Notes under the pieces: model-generated | Told to the model about the DNA's origin: nothing | Database searches by the model: none | Seen by the model: the letters and a program-made list of their open reading frames with translations, nothing else | Assembly (NCBI GenBank): GCA_965217115.1 | Contig: OZ244239.1 | Location: 480,001-544,000 of the forward strand | DNA from: Bdellovibrionales bacterium | GTDB taxonomy: Bacteria > Bdellovibrionota > Bdellovibrionia > Bdellovibrionales > CAYMLA01 | Direction of reading: 5' to 3' | Length of the DNA stretch: 64,000 nt | Shown: piece by piece, positions 20,931-31,035 of the stretch | Layout of the letters: each line of letters begins with the position of its first letter | How positions within the stretch are numbered: position 1 is the stretch's first letter | Program-made: the position numbers and the translations under genes

Positions 20931-23395
20931 TGAGCTATCTTATTTATTGCCTCTAGTGGTGTAATACTCTGTAAAGACATGTCCTTTATCGCTTTCAATA
21001 ATTCTTTATGCTCTGAAGACAGACTCTCCACATCGATGTAATCAGTGGTCTCTAAATCAGAAGATAATTCCATTTGATTTTGTTCCTGATGGCCTTCTAG
21101 TTGATGAAGGATTGTTTTAGCTCTCTTTGTTACAAGAGATGGTAACCCAGCTAATTGCCCCACCTGTATTCCATAGGATTTATTCGCCGGCCCCTTAGAC
21201 AAGGTATAGAGAAAATGAATCTGCCCTTTATCCTCAGTGATTGACATATGTTTATTACGCACTTGTGGAAAGAGATCTGCTAATTTTGTCAACTCATGGT
21301 AATGGGTCGCAAACAAGGTCATCGCTCGACACTGGCCCATCAAATATTCTAAAATAGCTTGTGCTAAACTCATTCCATCATAGGTGCTTGTTCCACGTCC
21401 CACTTCATCCAACACCACAAGAGACTTCACCGTTGCTCTGTCTAACATCTCCGCTGTCTCTTTCATTTCCACCATAAAGGTCGACATCCCCTCAGCCAAA
21501 AAGTCACTGGAGCCAATACGGGTAAAGATACAATCAAAGAGGGGCAATCTCGCCTCTTTAGCTGGAACAAATAATCCTGTCTGAGCCATAAGGCCTATCA
21601 CCGCTACCTGTCTCATTAACGTGCTCTTACCAGCCATGTTTGGACCAGTTAACAAAAGGCAATGATGGGGGTCCAAAGAAATATCGTTTGCAACAAAGGA
21701 TTTTCTCACCATCTGTTCAACCACAGGGTGTCGAGAAGATTTCAAAGATAAACTTCGATCAGAGACAAAAGAAGGTCGACAGTAATCATGTTCCACCGCT
21801 AACCAAGCTGATGAACTCAGCACGTCCAATTCACTCCAGCGTCTTGTTAAGAGTAGTAACTCCGGAATATAACAAAGAATATGCTTTTTCAATTCTTCAA
21901 AATACTGAAACTCAAGATCGCTTTTTTTACTCTTAGCTGAAAGAATTTTATTTTCTAGCTCCTGTAATTCTTCAATGATGTATCTTTCCGCATTCACCAG
22001 AGTTTGCTTACGCACATAATGGGATGGTACTTTAGCCTGATGAGTTTTTGTCACCTCAATGTAATAACCAAAAACATTGTTATAACGGATCTTTAAACTG
22101 CTGATCCCTGTTTGTTTTCTTTCACGAGCTTCTAGTTCTTGTAAACATTTCTGACTATTTGAAGTCAATAATATCAATTCATCTAATTGAGACGAGAAAC
22201 CCTCTTTCGTGAAAAAGCCATTTTTTGTCGAGATGGGTGGCTCAGTAATAATTTGCTTCTCAATACTCTCAATAAGGTTGTTGGCGATTTGTAACCTTTC
22301 TGGTGATGGTTTTAAATTTGCAAAGGCGATATGACTCACCTCTATGCCCGCCCTCAAAGAACTGGCTAGGGCTAAAAAATCACGAGGATTACAATTAGGA
22401 TTAGATATTTTACCCAAACGCCTCTCTATATCTCCCATCTTCGAAAGAACATTACGCACTTGTTTCAGTGCTGGGAGATCTTGTAACCAACACTCAACCC
22501 CGTCCAGACGAGCTTCAATCTCCTCCTTACCAATGAGAGGAAAACTAAGCCAATTCTTTAATAATCTTGCCCCTGCCGATGTTTTCGTCCGATCAATAGC
22601 ATGGAAAAGACTCCCCTTTTTCTCACCCCGATATGTCTCAAAAATTTCTAAATGACGAATCACCAAGGGTGACAATTCCAAGCGATGTTCTAGTTCTCTA
22701 CATTCAAAGGAACCAACAGATTTTAAAACACTCTCACCCTGCATATAGGCCGCGTAGGATAACAGTCTCTGAGCACAAGACGGTAACTCTGCACTCGTCT
22801 CATTTATTTTATGATATGTAATGATCGGTCCATCGAGAGAATGGCTTTTCAAATTTTTCTTGCTCTCCTCCTCTCCTAAAACCATTTCACTAGGACTCAA
22901 GGTTGCGATCAATCTCTTGCGGATTGCCGAGTGATCGGTCAGGTAATAAAAAGCCTCTCCTGTAGTGATTTCTAAGAAAGCAATCGCCCGGGCATCATAA
23001 CTACACATGTAATTTGGTTTCAAACTATCAAGAGTCTCTGGGTCGTAAACCATCCCAGGACTTAGAATACGTGTCACCGCCCTTTTAACAATTCCTTTAG
23101 CTTGTTTGGGGTCTTCTATTTGGTCGCATATTGCCACTTTGTAACCCGCGGCGAGAAGTTTATTGATCGGACCTGCAATACTGTGATGGGGCACTCCACA
23201 CAAGGGCGTGTTATCTCCCCCTTTTTTATTACGCGAAGTCAGAGCGGCACCTATAATCGGGGATGCAGTGATGGCATCATCGTGAAACATTTCAAAAAAA
23301 TCACCCATCCGAAACAAAAGGACTTTGTCCTTATGGGCATTCTTAATATCCCAAAACTGCTGCATCATTGGTGTTAAACCGATTTTCCCAGCCAC
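20909..23395 (-). CDS. mutS: DNA mismatch repair protein MutS
   Basis: TPMMQQF, FRMGDFFEMF, TGPNMAGKST, DEVGRGTST, FATHYHEL. Confidence 0.97.
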   Translation of the reverse strand: MAGKIGLTPMMQQFWDIKNAHKDKVLLFRMGDFFEMFHDDAITASPIIGAALTSRNKKGGDNTPLCGVPHHSIAGPINKLLAAGYKVAICDQIEDPKQAKGIVKRAVTRILSPGMVYDPETLDSLKPNYMCSYDARAIAFLEITTGEAFYYLTDHSAIRKRLIATLSPSEMVLGEEESKKNLKSHSLDGPIITYHKINETSAELPSCAQRLLSYAAYMQGESVLKSVGSFECRELEHRLELSPLVIRHLEIFETYRGEKKGSLFHAIDRTKTSAGARLLKNWLSFPLIGKEEIEARLDGVECWLQDLPALKQVRNVLSKMGDIERRLGKISNPNCNPRDFLALASSLRAGIEVSHIAFANLKPSPERLQIANNLIESIEKQIITEPPISTKNGFFTKEGFSSQLDELILLTSNSQKCLQELEARERKQTGISSLKIRYNNVFGYYIEVTKTHQAKVPSHYVRKQTLVNAERYIIEELQELENKILSAKSKKSDLEFQYFEELKKHILCYIPELLLLTRRWSELDVLSSSAWLAVEHDYCRPSFVSDRSLSLKSSRHPVVEQMVRKSFVANDISLDPHHCLLLTGPNMAGKSTLMRQVAVIGLMAQTGLFVPAKEARLPLFDCIFTRIGSSDFLAEGMSTFMVEMKETAEMLDRATVKSLVVLDEVGRGTSTYDGMSLAQAILEYLMGQCRAMTLFATHYHELTKLADLFPQVRNKHMSITEDKGQIHFLYTLSKGPANKSYGIQVGQLAGLPSLVTKRAKTILHQLEGHQEQNQMELSSDLETTDYIDVESLSSEHKELLKAIKDMSLQSITPLEAINKIAQWQKTLS

Positions 23396-23661
23396 TAGAA
23401 ATCTCCTTCTTCAACTCGTGCAACGTAGTATAAATGCCCATCATTATCAGCTACTTTCTAGGGGCGTACTGCTAAATAGGCAGGTTCCAACATCGTTTTG
23501 AGTCTTTTTGACACGCAGCGTCTTTTAATTGGTTGTCATTTCCTCTGTAAATGGGGATAAAGGGTGGAGTTCACGGTTATGAATACGGATCATTCGTGTT
23601 TAGTATCACTGGCTTGTTAGATTTTGTTTCTTAGAACTTCATTAATCAAAAAGGTTTTTCC

Positions 23662-24228
23662 ATGAAAAAAAATACACTCGTTTTAGCTTCGCTTCTTATT
23701 TTTAGTTTTTCACTTGCTCAACAAAAAACTGTCTCTCTCAAAGAGAGCTCCTTTAAATGGACTGCCTCTAAGAAACTCGGCAGCAAGCACTACGGGAAAA
23801 TTTTCCTTAACTCAGCCAAGTGGGATGAAGCAAGGGGAGAATTACAAAGAGCTGAGTTTATCATAAATATGAAAACCTTCACTGTCGATGATCTCGATGG
23901 CACTTGGAAGGGAAAATTTCTCGCACACGTTAAAAGCAAAGATTTTTTTGAAGTTTCCAAATATCCCGAAGCAAAATTAATTATTAATAAAAAAACAAAG
24001 GAAAATGCGACAGGTTCTTTAACTATTAAAGGAAAAACTCATCCCGTTAAGGTTAATATTACCAGCATAGCTAAGAATAAAAACAAAACAACTTATAAAG
24101 GGAAAATGACTTTTGATCGCACAAAATTTAACATAATCTATAATTCAGGTAACTTTTTTAAAAATCTCACCGCTAAAAAAATTATCAATGACAACATCGA
24201 TGTGAACTTTAAGGTAGTGATTCAATAA
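23662..24228 (+). CDS. YceI-family lipid/polyisoprenoid-binding protein
   Basis: Signal peptide. HVKSKDFFEVSKYPEA, GSLTIKGKTHPV, FDRTKFNI. Confidence 0.85.
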   Translation: MKKNTLVLASLLIFSFSLAQQKTVSLKESSFKWTASKKLGSKHYGKIFLNSAKWDEARGELQRAEFIINMKTFTVDDLDGTWKGKFLAHVKSKDFFEVSKYPEAKLIINKKTKENATGSLTIKGKTHPVKVNITSIAKNKNKTTYKGKMTFDRTKFNIIYNSGNFFKNLTAKKIINDNIDVNFKVVIQ

Positions 24229-24267
24229 TACCTTATTAATCTCTTCTCTTAAAGCACGATTAAATGG

Positions 24268-25281
24268 TTACGGTAACTCCTTCATACTGTGAATCGACAT
24301 TATCCTCTCTTTAAAATAAGAAAAACTCATATTAAAATAACCCAAATCTCCATGAACCTCTCCATAGGAGTTTCTAATTCTTAGATATTCAATCTGCCCA
24401 TCTTCTTTTAATTTATAACCCACAACCAACACTGCATGTCCGACTACACTTGTTATCGGCTTTATTGAGAACACTTTCATCCTACCACTAGAAGATATCA
24501 CATCATTGTTTGTCGTATTATAACTCAAAAACATCCCTTTGTTTTTATCAACAAGATCAATAATACGGGTTTCTAATTGACCCACCTGGTTTGGTTCAAA
24601 AACTAATTGGAAATTCTTCGGTTTAAAAAAATCCATGGGGAAAATATCTTCATAGGATCTTGCCAATTTCTGAATTTTAATGATTTCATCCCTTTTTATC
24701 TCATTTAAATACTTCATTAAACTCTGATGTAATTCTTTCCCTGTGATCTCTCCCCAATTAAGAGAGGTCATTTTTTTTGATAAAAACTCTTCCATTTTAG
24801 TTAATCTTAAATTTTCAGCAGCTATATAGGCTCCCCTCTTCAAACTCTGGTCAAAGAGAAAAACACCCTCTTCTTTCATTATTTTCAAAACCTCTTCCGC
24901 CCTGCCATAAGTAATAATATCGGGCCTCTCACCCACGTCTAATACCAAGCCATCCTCGAGGCTCTTTTTAATTGAATTTTCCCATTCTAAAAAGTCTGAC
25001 TTCATCCTGCTTTTTATCAACTCAGCAAATAACAATACCCTAGAGATGACAATGTCATTTCCATACTTACGACTTAAAGCATTCTCCATATGCGCTACAG
25101 ATGCCTCAAAGTAACAAGTTCCCCGACATTGCTGAACGGCTCTATAACGAGCTATTTGTATGTTGTTCTCTGAAAGTCGAAAGAGATCCTTACAGTTATT
25201 GGCCCACAACGATTGACAGCTGATCAATAAATAGACAGTTAGAAACCGTTTAAAGATAGGGTTCTTCAAGAAAAATCTCAT
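24268..25281 (-). CDS. Papain-like (C1 family) cysteine peptidase, probably secreted
   Basis: Q..RGTCYFEA (Gln/Cys), GHAVLVVGY (His), IRNSYG (Asn), GYFNMS. Start uncertain (ORF track starts at 25389). Confidence 0.75.
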   Translation of the reverse strand: MRFFLKNPIFKRFLTVYLLISCQSLWANNCKDLFRLSENNIQIARYRAVQQCRGTCYFEASVAHMENALSRKYGNDIVISRVLLFAELIKSRMKSDFLEWENSIKKSLEDGLVLDVGERPDIITYGRAEEVLKIMKEEGVFLFDQSLKRGAYIAAENLRLTKMEEFLSKKMTSLNWGEITGKELHQSLMKYLNEIKRDEIIKIQKLARSYEDIFPMDFFKPKNFQLVFEPNQVGQLETRIIDLVDKNKGMFLSYNTTNNDVISSSGRMKVFSIKPITSVVGHAVLVVGYKLKEDGQIEYLRIRNSYGEVHGDLGYFNMSFSYFKERIMSIHSMKELP

Positions 25282-25892
25282 AGCTATAGTTATAGCAATT
25301 TTAAAGCCATAAAAAGGCTTCTTTGTGATAAATAGTGGAACTGTTCCCAAGAGACTCATCTTGAGGGCTCTCTTTCTAAAACTATCCATGGATAACAGCG
25401 TTGTTACACATGGAGGTCAGTCATAGAAATAGAGGAGATCTGTCTAGTTAACGGAGCATAGTTTTGTAAACCAACCCAGGTTTATTATTATTCGTTTTAA
25501 ACTTTCGAGGGAATTTGTCCAGAATAAATGACCTATTTCTAAACCAACACTTTGGCCTTCCCAGTCTTTCTTTTGTACAATTCCCTTTGATATTACACTA
25601 GAGATCCATTGACTCATTGATTGAATACGTCCTTTTTTTCTAGAGTCTCTCCCAAAAGAATCCAGTTCTTTTCGGCGAGTTTGGCTTGGCGACTTCCATT
25701 GCATTTCTCTGCAATGGAAGGTGACAAACGAATGTTTGAGCAAGAAAAGGGCTGGATTCTTTTGGGAGAGATTCTAGAAAAAAAACAGCTCATCAGAAAA
25801 AACTGGTTCCACTATTGTTTGTCATAAAGAACCTAAAAAGGCTTGCCGCCAAAGGTCTTAACCCCATTGGCTGCAAGATTTTTAAAAATACG

Positions 25893-27377
25893 CTACCCTC
25901 TCAGTCTCTCCGTCAACTTCGTATAAATCCCATCAAAACCTCCGTTGGACATAATCAAAATCACATCCCCAGATATTGTCTTCTCACATAAGAAATCTAC
26001 AATCTCATTTGTAGAACCAAATTCATGGGCCTCCACGTCCCTACTCTTTAAATCAGTCACTAGCTTCCCCGTAGAGAAGCGGTCTTCTTCAGAAATACGG
26101 GATTGATCGTAGGCAGAAGCGATCACTGCCACATTTGCTTCAGAGAAAGCCTCTAGGTACTGCTGCTGAAAAATGCTTCTTCTTGAAGTTGCCGAACGGG
26201 GTTCAAAAACTGAAAAAACCCTCCTTCCCTGATAACGACTCTGCACTGACTCGATTGTTCCCTTCACCGCCGTCGGATGATGGGCAAAGTCCTCTATCAA
26301 CGTCACACCACCAGGTTCACCCAAAACCTCTTGCCGCCTCTTAACCCCTTTAAAAGTTTTGATCGCCTGAACCACGTCATCAGAAGGCCAATCCATTTGT
26401 CTGGCTAAGATATAAGCCGACATAGCATTGGACACATTATAAGAACCAAACATCTTCATTTCGATTTCAACGATTTTCTGCCCCTGAAATTCAATATCAA
26501 ACACAGTTTTATTTACAGCTCCATTTACAGACCCATCCCTATCCACTCTGATGTTCTTCGCTTGATAATCACCTTCATTAAAACCAAAACTCATTATTTT
26601 TCGACAAGATGTCTCAGGCAAAATACTTTTAATATTACTATCTTCACCATTATAAACAAGATGCCCGTCCTCTGGTATCAACCCCATCAATAGACGGAAT
26701 GCTTTTAACACATCCTCTAAATTGTCGTAAATATCTGCATGGTCAAATTCAACACCTGTCAAAATCACATGGCGAGGTTTATAATGCTTAAACTTAGGAA
26801 CCTTATCAAAAAAAGCCGTGTCATATTCATCACCCTCAATAATAAAATAATCTCTCTCCCCTGAAGACTCCTCTGGATTTTTAAACGACCGGGAGAAATT
26901 CTGGGGAATACCTCCAATCAAATAACCGGCCTTCTTCCCACACACTTGGGCTATCCAAGCCATAATAGCCGTGGTCGTAGTCTTGCCATGGGTTCCAGAA
27001 ATCACCACACTCTGACGATCTTCAATTACAAAATCAGCCAAAGCTCTAGGTAAACTCGTATAAGGAATATCTGACTCTAATAAAGCCACCGCTTCATCAT
27101 AAGTTTTAGTGATCACATTTCCCACAACAACAAAATCAGGTCGTGGCTCTAAATTCTTTCTATTGTAGTCCTTCATAATATCAATACCAAGGCTCTCCAA
27201 TTGAGTAGACATAGGAGGGTAGGCAGCCTGATCACTTCCAGTGATTTTATATCCACGGGCTTTCATAATACCTGCAAGACTCGCCATCGCTGTGCCACAA
27301 ATTCCCATGAAGTGAATGTGAGCACCCGCCTTTAATATCATTTCTCTGAATCCTGCATAAGATAGCTCATCACCCAA
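25893..27377 (-). CDS. mpl: UDP-MurNAc:L-Ala-gamma-D-Glu-meso-DAP ligase (murein peptide ligase)
   Basis: HFMGICGTAMASLA, GTHGKTTT, EGDEYDTAFFDK, DFAHHPTA, MSNGGF. Confidence 0.9.
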   Translation of the reverse strand: MGDELSYAGFREMILKAGAHIHFMGICGTAMASLAGIMKARGYKITGSDQAAYPPMSTQLESLGIDIMKDYNRKNLEPRPDFVVVGNVITKTYDEAVALLESDIPYTSLPRALADFVIEDRQSVVISGTHGKTTTTAIMAWIAQVCGKKAGYLIGGIPQNFSRSFKNPEESSGERDYFIIEGDEYDTAFFDKVPKFKHYKPRHVILTGVEFDHADIYDNLEDVLKAFRLLMGLIPEDGHLVYNGEDSNIKSILPETSCRKIMSFGFNEGDYQAKNIRVDRDGSVNGAVNKTVFDIEFQGQKIVEIEMKMFGSYNVSNAMSAYILARQMDWPSDDVVQAIKTFKGVKRRQEVLGEPGGVTLIEDFAHHPTAVKGTIESVQSRYQGRRVFSVFEPRSATSRRSIFQQQYLEAFSEANVAVIASAYDQSRISEEDRFSTGKLVTDLKSRDVEAHEFGSTNEIVDFLCEKTISGDVILIMSNGGFDGIYTKLTERLRG

Positions 27378-28411
27378 TTATGAATCTTCGGGCGTAGGCT
27401 TTTAAAATTATTCGGTTCAGATAAAGGGTGCACTCGATTACTTAAAATGATCACTTGCACATCTTTCTCTGGATCAAACCAAATAGACGTTCCCGTAAAC
27501 CCCGTGTGACCAAAGGACTCTTCAGAAAATCCATCTCCACAACTGGAGTTACCGACAGTCGGTTTCATAAAACCCAAACCCCAGTCTCCAATACTCTCAG
27601 ATAATTGACGCCGAGTGAATTCTTTTATAATCTTATGATCGATTTTTCCTTCAATCACTCTCTCCTGATTCAAATAACGACTTCGTACACACTCAACCCA
27701 TCGCCCAACACCATCTATAGAACCAAACAAACCTGCATGGGTTGACACTCCTCCCATTGCCCAACAGTTATCGTCATCCACGACACCTTGAATCACACCT
27801 CCACGATTTTTTTTAATCTGAGTCGGGGCATAACAGTCAATACTTTCTGTAAAATTATTATCAACATGAAAATCAACGTTCTCTAATGAAAAATCATTTT
27901 TTGTTTCACACCAAACATCCAATAAAGATTTTTGATAAATCTGCTCCAACACAAAACCTAAAACCCAAAAGCCCACATCGGAATAGACAGCTCTTCGACT
28001 ATTGGTTTCATCTCTGATCACACGACCGAGAAAATTTTTTAACTCTTCCCTGCTCTTTTGATTTTGTTGTTTTTCTTCATCAGGGTCGTAGAAAGGCAGC
28101 CACCATGGCAATCCCGATGTATGGGTTAGCAGTTGACGAAGTGTTATATCTTGATAAGGAAACCAAGAGAGCCCACCAATATCGGCCAACGATTTCTCCA
28201 CCGTAACACGCCCCTGACCCACGGCACTCATCAGCGTCGTTGTCGTAAAAATTAATTTCGTTAGAGAAGCTAAATCGTACTGCTCATATGTCTTCCCAAT
28301 AGAGTCATCCACTGCGATACGACCTTTATGGTAGGCCCGAATCACAACACCCTGACTCACTCCTTTTAATTCATCAGAAATACAACTAGAGACAGAACTC
28401 CAAGGAGTCAC
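27338..28411 (-). CDS. Serine hydrolase, beta-lactamase/PBP-like family
   Basis: SxxK (ASLTK), YSD, GHTGFTG motifs. Confidence 0.85.
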   Translation of the reverse strand: MTPWSSVSSCISDELKGVSQGVVIRAYHKGRIAVDDSIGKTYEQYDLASLTKLIFTTTTLMSAVGQGRVTVEKSLADIGGLSWFPYQDITLRQLLTHTSGLPWWLPFYDPDEEKQQNQKSREELKNFLGRVIRDETNSRRAVYSDVGFWVLGFVLEQIYQKSLLDVWCETKNDFSLENVDFHVDNNFTESIDCYAPTQIKKNRGGVIQGVVDDDNCWAMGGVSTHAGLFGSIDGVGRWVECVRSRYLNQERVIEGKIDHKIIKEFTRRQLSESIGDWGLGFMKPTVGNSSCGDGFSEESFGHTGFTGTSIWFDPEKDVQVIILSNRVHPLSEPNNFKSLRPKIHNWVMSYLMQDSEK

Positions 28412-29346
28412 GATGATTTTCCATCCAATTTTATCTTAGTTTCCATAAAAGGTCGTAATCCCAAGTGCAAACAAGAGGTGCTTCCAAAAATAATCGGCCT
28501 CTGGATCTTTCCATGACCGCTAGGGAATCCTGATAAAACAGGCTTTTTTAAATCCTGTGCAAAACTCTTGATAGCGCCCTTCCACAACCGCCGCCCATCA
28601 GACTCTTCTCCACCAATAAATTCACCAAACACAATGGCCTTAGCTCTTTTTAGACTCTGAGTCTGCAACCATTGCTGAAGAAGACGATCCACACGATAGC
28701 CACGTTCGTCGATCTCTTCAAAAAAAACAATCTTACCCTCAACATTCATCTGCCATGGTGTTCCCAAGGTACTCGATGCCACCACTAAATTACCACCAAT
28801 AACAGGTCCACGGATAACCTTCTCTATTTTTGCCATCTCATTAAGAGACTTCAGCCCTCTATAAGACAAAACCCTCTCTGTCTTTTTTCCTGGGTGTCGA
28901 AATAAAATATTCTTCAAGTCTTTATCTACCTGAGGCGTGTACCTTCCGCTGGCCATTCTCTCCAATAGAGGGCCATGCACCGTTTGCCAGCCCCAAACTT
29001 GATTCAGAAATAAATGCAGAGAGGTTATATCACTTAAACCAATAAAGAGTTTGTTTTTCTCAGGTCGTTTCATCCTTTGTAGAAAGGGCAGCAAACGCAT
29101 GGAACCGTACCCCCCACGGACACACCAAATAGCCTTAGATGATGAGCTTAAAAGGGCTTCACGTAAAAAGGCGAATCTCTGCCCATCGGTATTTGAAAGA
29201 TAATCCTTTTTTCTAAAGATATTCTTAGGAAATCGAGGCACAAGCCCCCATGATTCAATGAACGAAGCACCATTCCGAAGCTCTTGTTCAGAACAAGCCG
29301 AGCCAGGAGCTACAATATCAACAACATCACCACGCTCTAAACACAT
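28408..29346 (-). CDS. ldcA: LD-carboxypeptidase (S66 family)
   Basis: RGGYGS, GLSDIT, GGNL, FEEIDE, SGHG. Confidence 0.85.
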   Translation of the reverse strand: MCLERGDVVDIVAPGSACSEQELRNGASFIESWGLVPRFPKNIFRKKDYLSNTDGQRFAFLREALLSSSSKAIWCVRGGYGSMRLLPFLQRMKRPEKNKLFIGLSDITSLHLFLNQVWGWQTVHGPLLERMASGRYTPQVDKDLKNILFRHPGKKTERVLSYRGLKSLNEMAKIEKVIRGPVIGGNLVVASSTLGTPWQMNVEGKIVFFEEIDERGYRVDRLLQQWLQTQSLKRAKAIVFGEFIGGEESDGRRLWKGAIKSFAQDLKKPVLSGFPSGHGKIQRPIIFGSTSCLHLGLRPFMETKIKLDGKSS

Positions 29347-29387
29347 GGTGTTATTCCATCAATTTGCTTCTACATTGGCAAGAGATA

Positions 29388-29837
29388 TTATACTGCCTCA
29401 TTGGCTATAAATAGCTGGGGAAAGTAACTTGGAGGATCAGCTCCCAATCCACTCAGTGCTCGGGCAAAGATATGCTCAAAACCGAAAAACTTCTCGATAG
29501 ATACTGGCTCTGAACCAAATTTCTCCCTCACTTTCTCTTTAAAATCTTTCCGTAGGTTTTCGTTACTTAAAATATAGCGACAACATTTCGACAAAGAACG
29601 GTCATCATGGTTTTTCACAGCCTTTTTTGCCATTCCATAAACATGCACTTTAGCTGTTAGATCTAAGAAATCTTTATCAATATGCCTCTCCTCACAGAGC
29701 TTTTCAAAGCGCTGACGAGTTTCGTCATCATTTAAGATGTGATTGGCCACATAAATAGCATCTTCTAGATTTTTTACCATGAAACACTCCATAACGTCTA
29801 AAAGTTCATTTTGACTCACCAACAAACTATCGGACAA
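29388..29837 (-). CDS. Hypothetical protein
   Basis: 149-aa ORF co-oriented with the downstream operon. No recognised motif. Confidence 0.55.
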   Translation of the reverse strand: MSDSLLVSQNELLDVMECFMVKNLEDAIYVANHILNDDETRQRFEKLCEERHIDKDFLDLTAKVHVYGMAKKAVKNHDDRSLSKCCRYILSNENLRKDFKEKVREKFGSEPVSIEKFFGFEHIFARALSGLGADPPSYFPQLFIANEAV

Positions 29838-29952
29838 ACTAGGACCTAGGTTTAGAAGAAAATGACCCCAATTTACCCAAAAAATTCGACTTCCTAGCTA
29901 AAAACAAGCCCGCCCCTTGACTCAATGCTTCTTTCTGAACTAGTAGTCTTCC

Positions 29953-31035
29953 ATGGAACTTCTTATTTTTGCCCACAGACCAGAGGCCGGCTATTTCATC
30001 GAAAGTGACCATTGGCTTCCTTCGCCTGATCTTCCCTTTCCTCTCTTAAAGCACAAAGCCAGTGACACAGCTCTCCTTATTACAGGTGAAGGCATCGAGA
30101 AGTCTATTCTCGCCACATCGAGTGTCCTCTCCTGCGAAAAAAACATCACCTCTGCCATCAACCTTGGCGTTGCAGGACACCTACAGGATTCTTCTGAAAA
30201 ACTACAGCGAGAAGAGATTTACCCTATTCGCACAGTTTACGCAGAAACAAGCAATGCAAGATTACAGAGCAAGAGTTTTACCCTTCAAGTTTCCGGTGAT
30301 TCTCAAATCCCCTCTCAAGATTGTCTCTCTGTCTGCCAAAGAGTTTTGGATGATAAAAAGGCTCAATCTCTCTCCCACTTCTCTCCAATCGTAGATCGTG
30401 AGCTATGGGGAATCGCCATGGTCTGTAATAAGTTTCAAGTTCCCCTCAGAAGTTACAAACTTATCTCAGACATTGCCGGTCAACAAACCCAGTGCCTAGA
30501 TATTCGCAATCAAGCACAGAGGTACAGTCGACTTCTTTACGAAAAATACCAGACACTGCTTGATAACAGTACGAAGAAAGGCCCTCTCCTTCAGCGGGGA
30601 ATGAAGCCAATCAATGAACTCCCCAATACTTTCCACAGCACCCGTTCTCAACAGGATACGTTAAGCAAATTAATCACAACCCTAAACATCAAAGAAGAAG
30701 GCAATTCTAATTTCTTTGCACTACAGGTACAGTCTCTTGCACGAAAAAAACTCACTCCCAAGCAGAGAACAAGCGAATTAATTAAAAACCTTCAAGATCA
30801 TCTCAATCCCTTCACTAGAGGACTAAAGAAAAAATTAGAATCACATATAGAGAACTTTGAAAGGGATAAAAATATTCACCTCCATTTTACCAAAAACTTT
30901 GAATCAGAAGAGTTTAATATTTCCTTGCACATTGAAAATAGTCGGCAATTTCACGAAACTCTCAATGAGATGAAATCTCTCGACGTTCAAGGCATACAAG
31001 ATATTCTTTTAGGTGAGGGAGATCATCTTGTTTAA
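29953..31035 (+). CDS. Nucleoside phosphorylase (PNP/MTAN)-like domain protein with a C-terminal extension
   Basis: LLITGEG, INLGVAG, VDRE (DME-like), KLISD motifs. Confidence 0.6.
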   Translation: MELLIFAHRPEAGYFIESDHWLPSPDLPFPLLKHKASDTALLITGEGIEKSILATSSVLSCEKNITSAINLGVAGHLQDSSEKLQREEIYPIRTVYAETSNARLQSKSFTLQVSGDSQIPSQDCLSVCQRVLDDKKAQSLSHFSPIVDRELWGIAMVCNKFQVPLRSYKLISDIAGQQTQCLDIRNQAQRYSRLLYEKYQTLLDNSTKKGPLLQRGMKPINELPNTFHSTRSQQDTLSKLITTLNIKEEGNSNFFALQVQSLARKKLTPKQRTSELIKNLQDHLNPFTRGLKKKLESHIENFERDKNIHLHFTKNFESEEFNISLHIENSRQFHETLNEMKSLDVQGIQDILLGEGDHLV

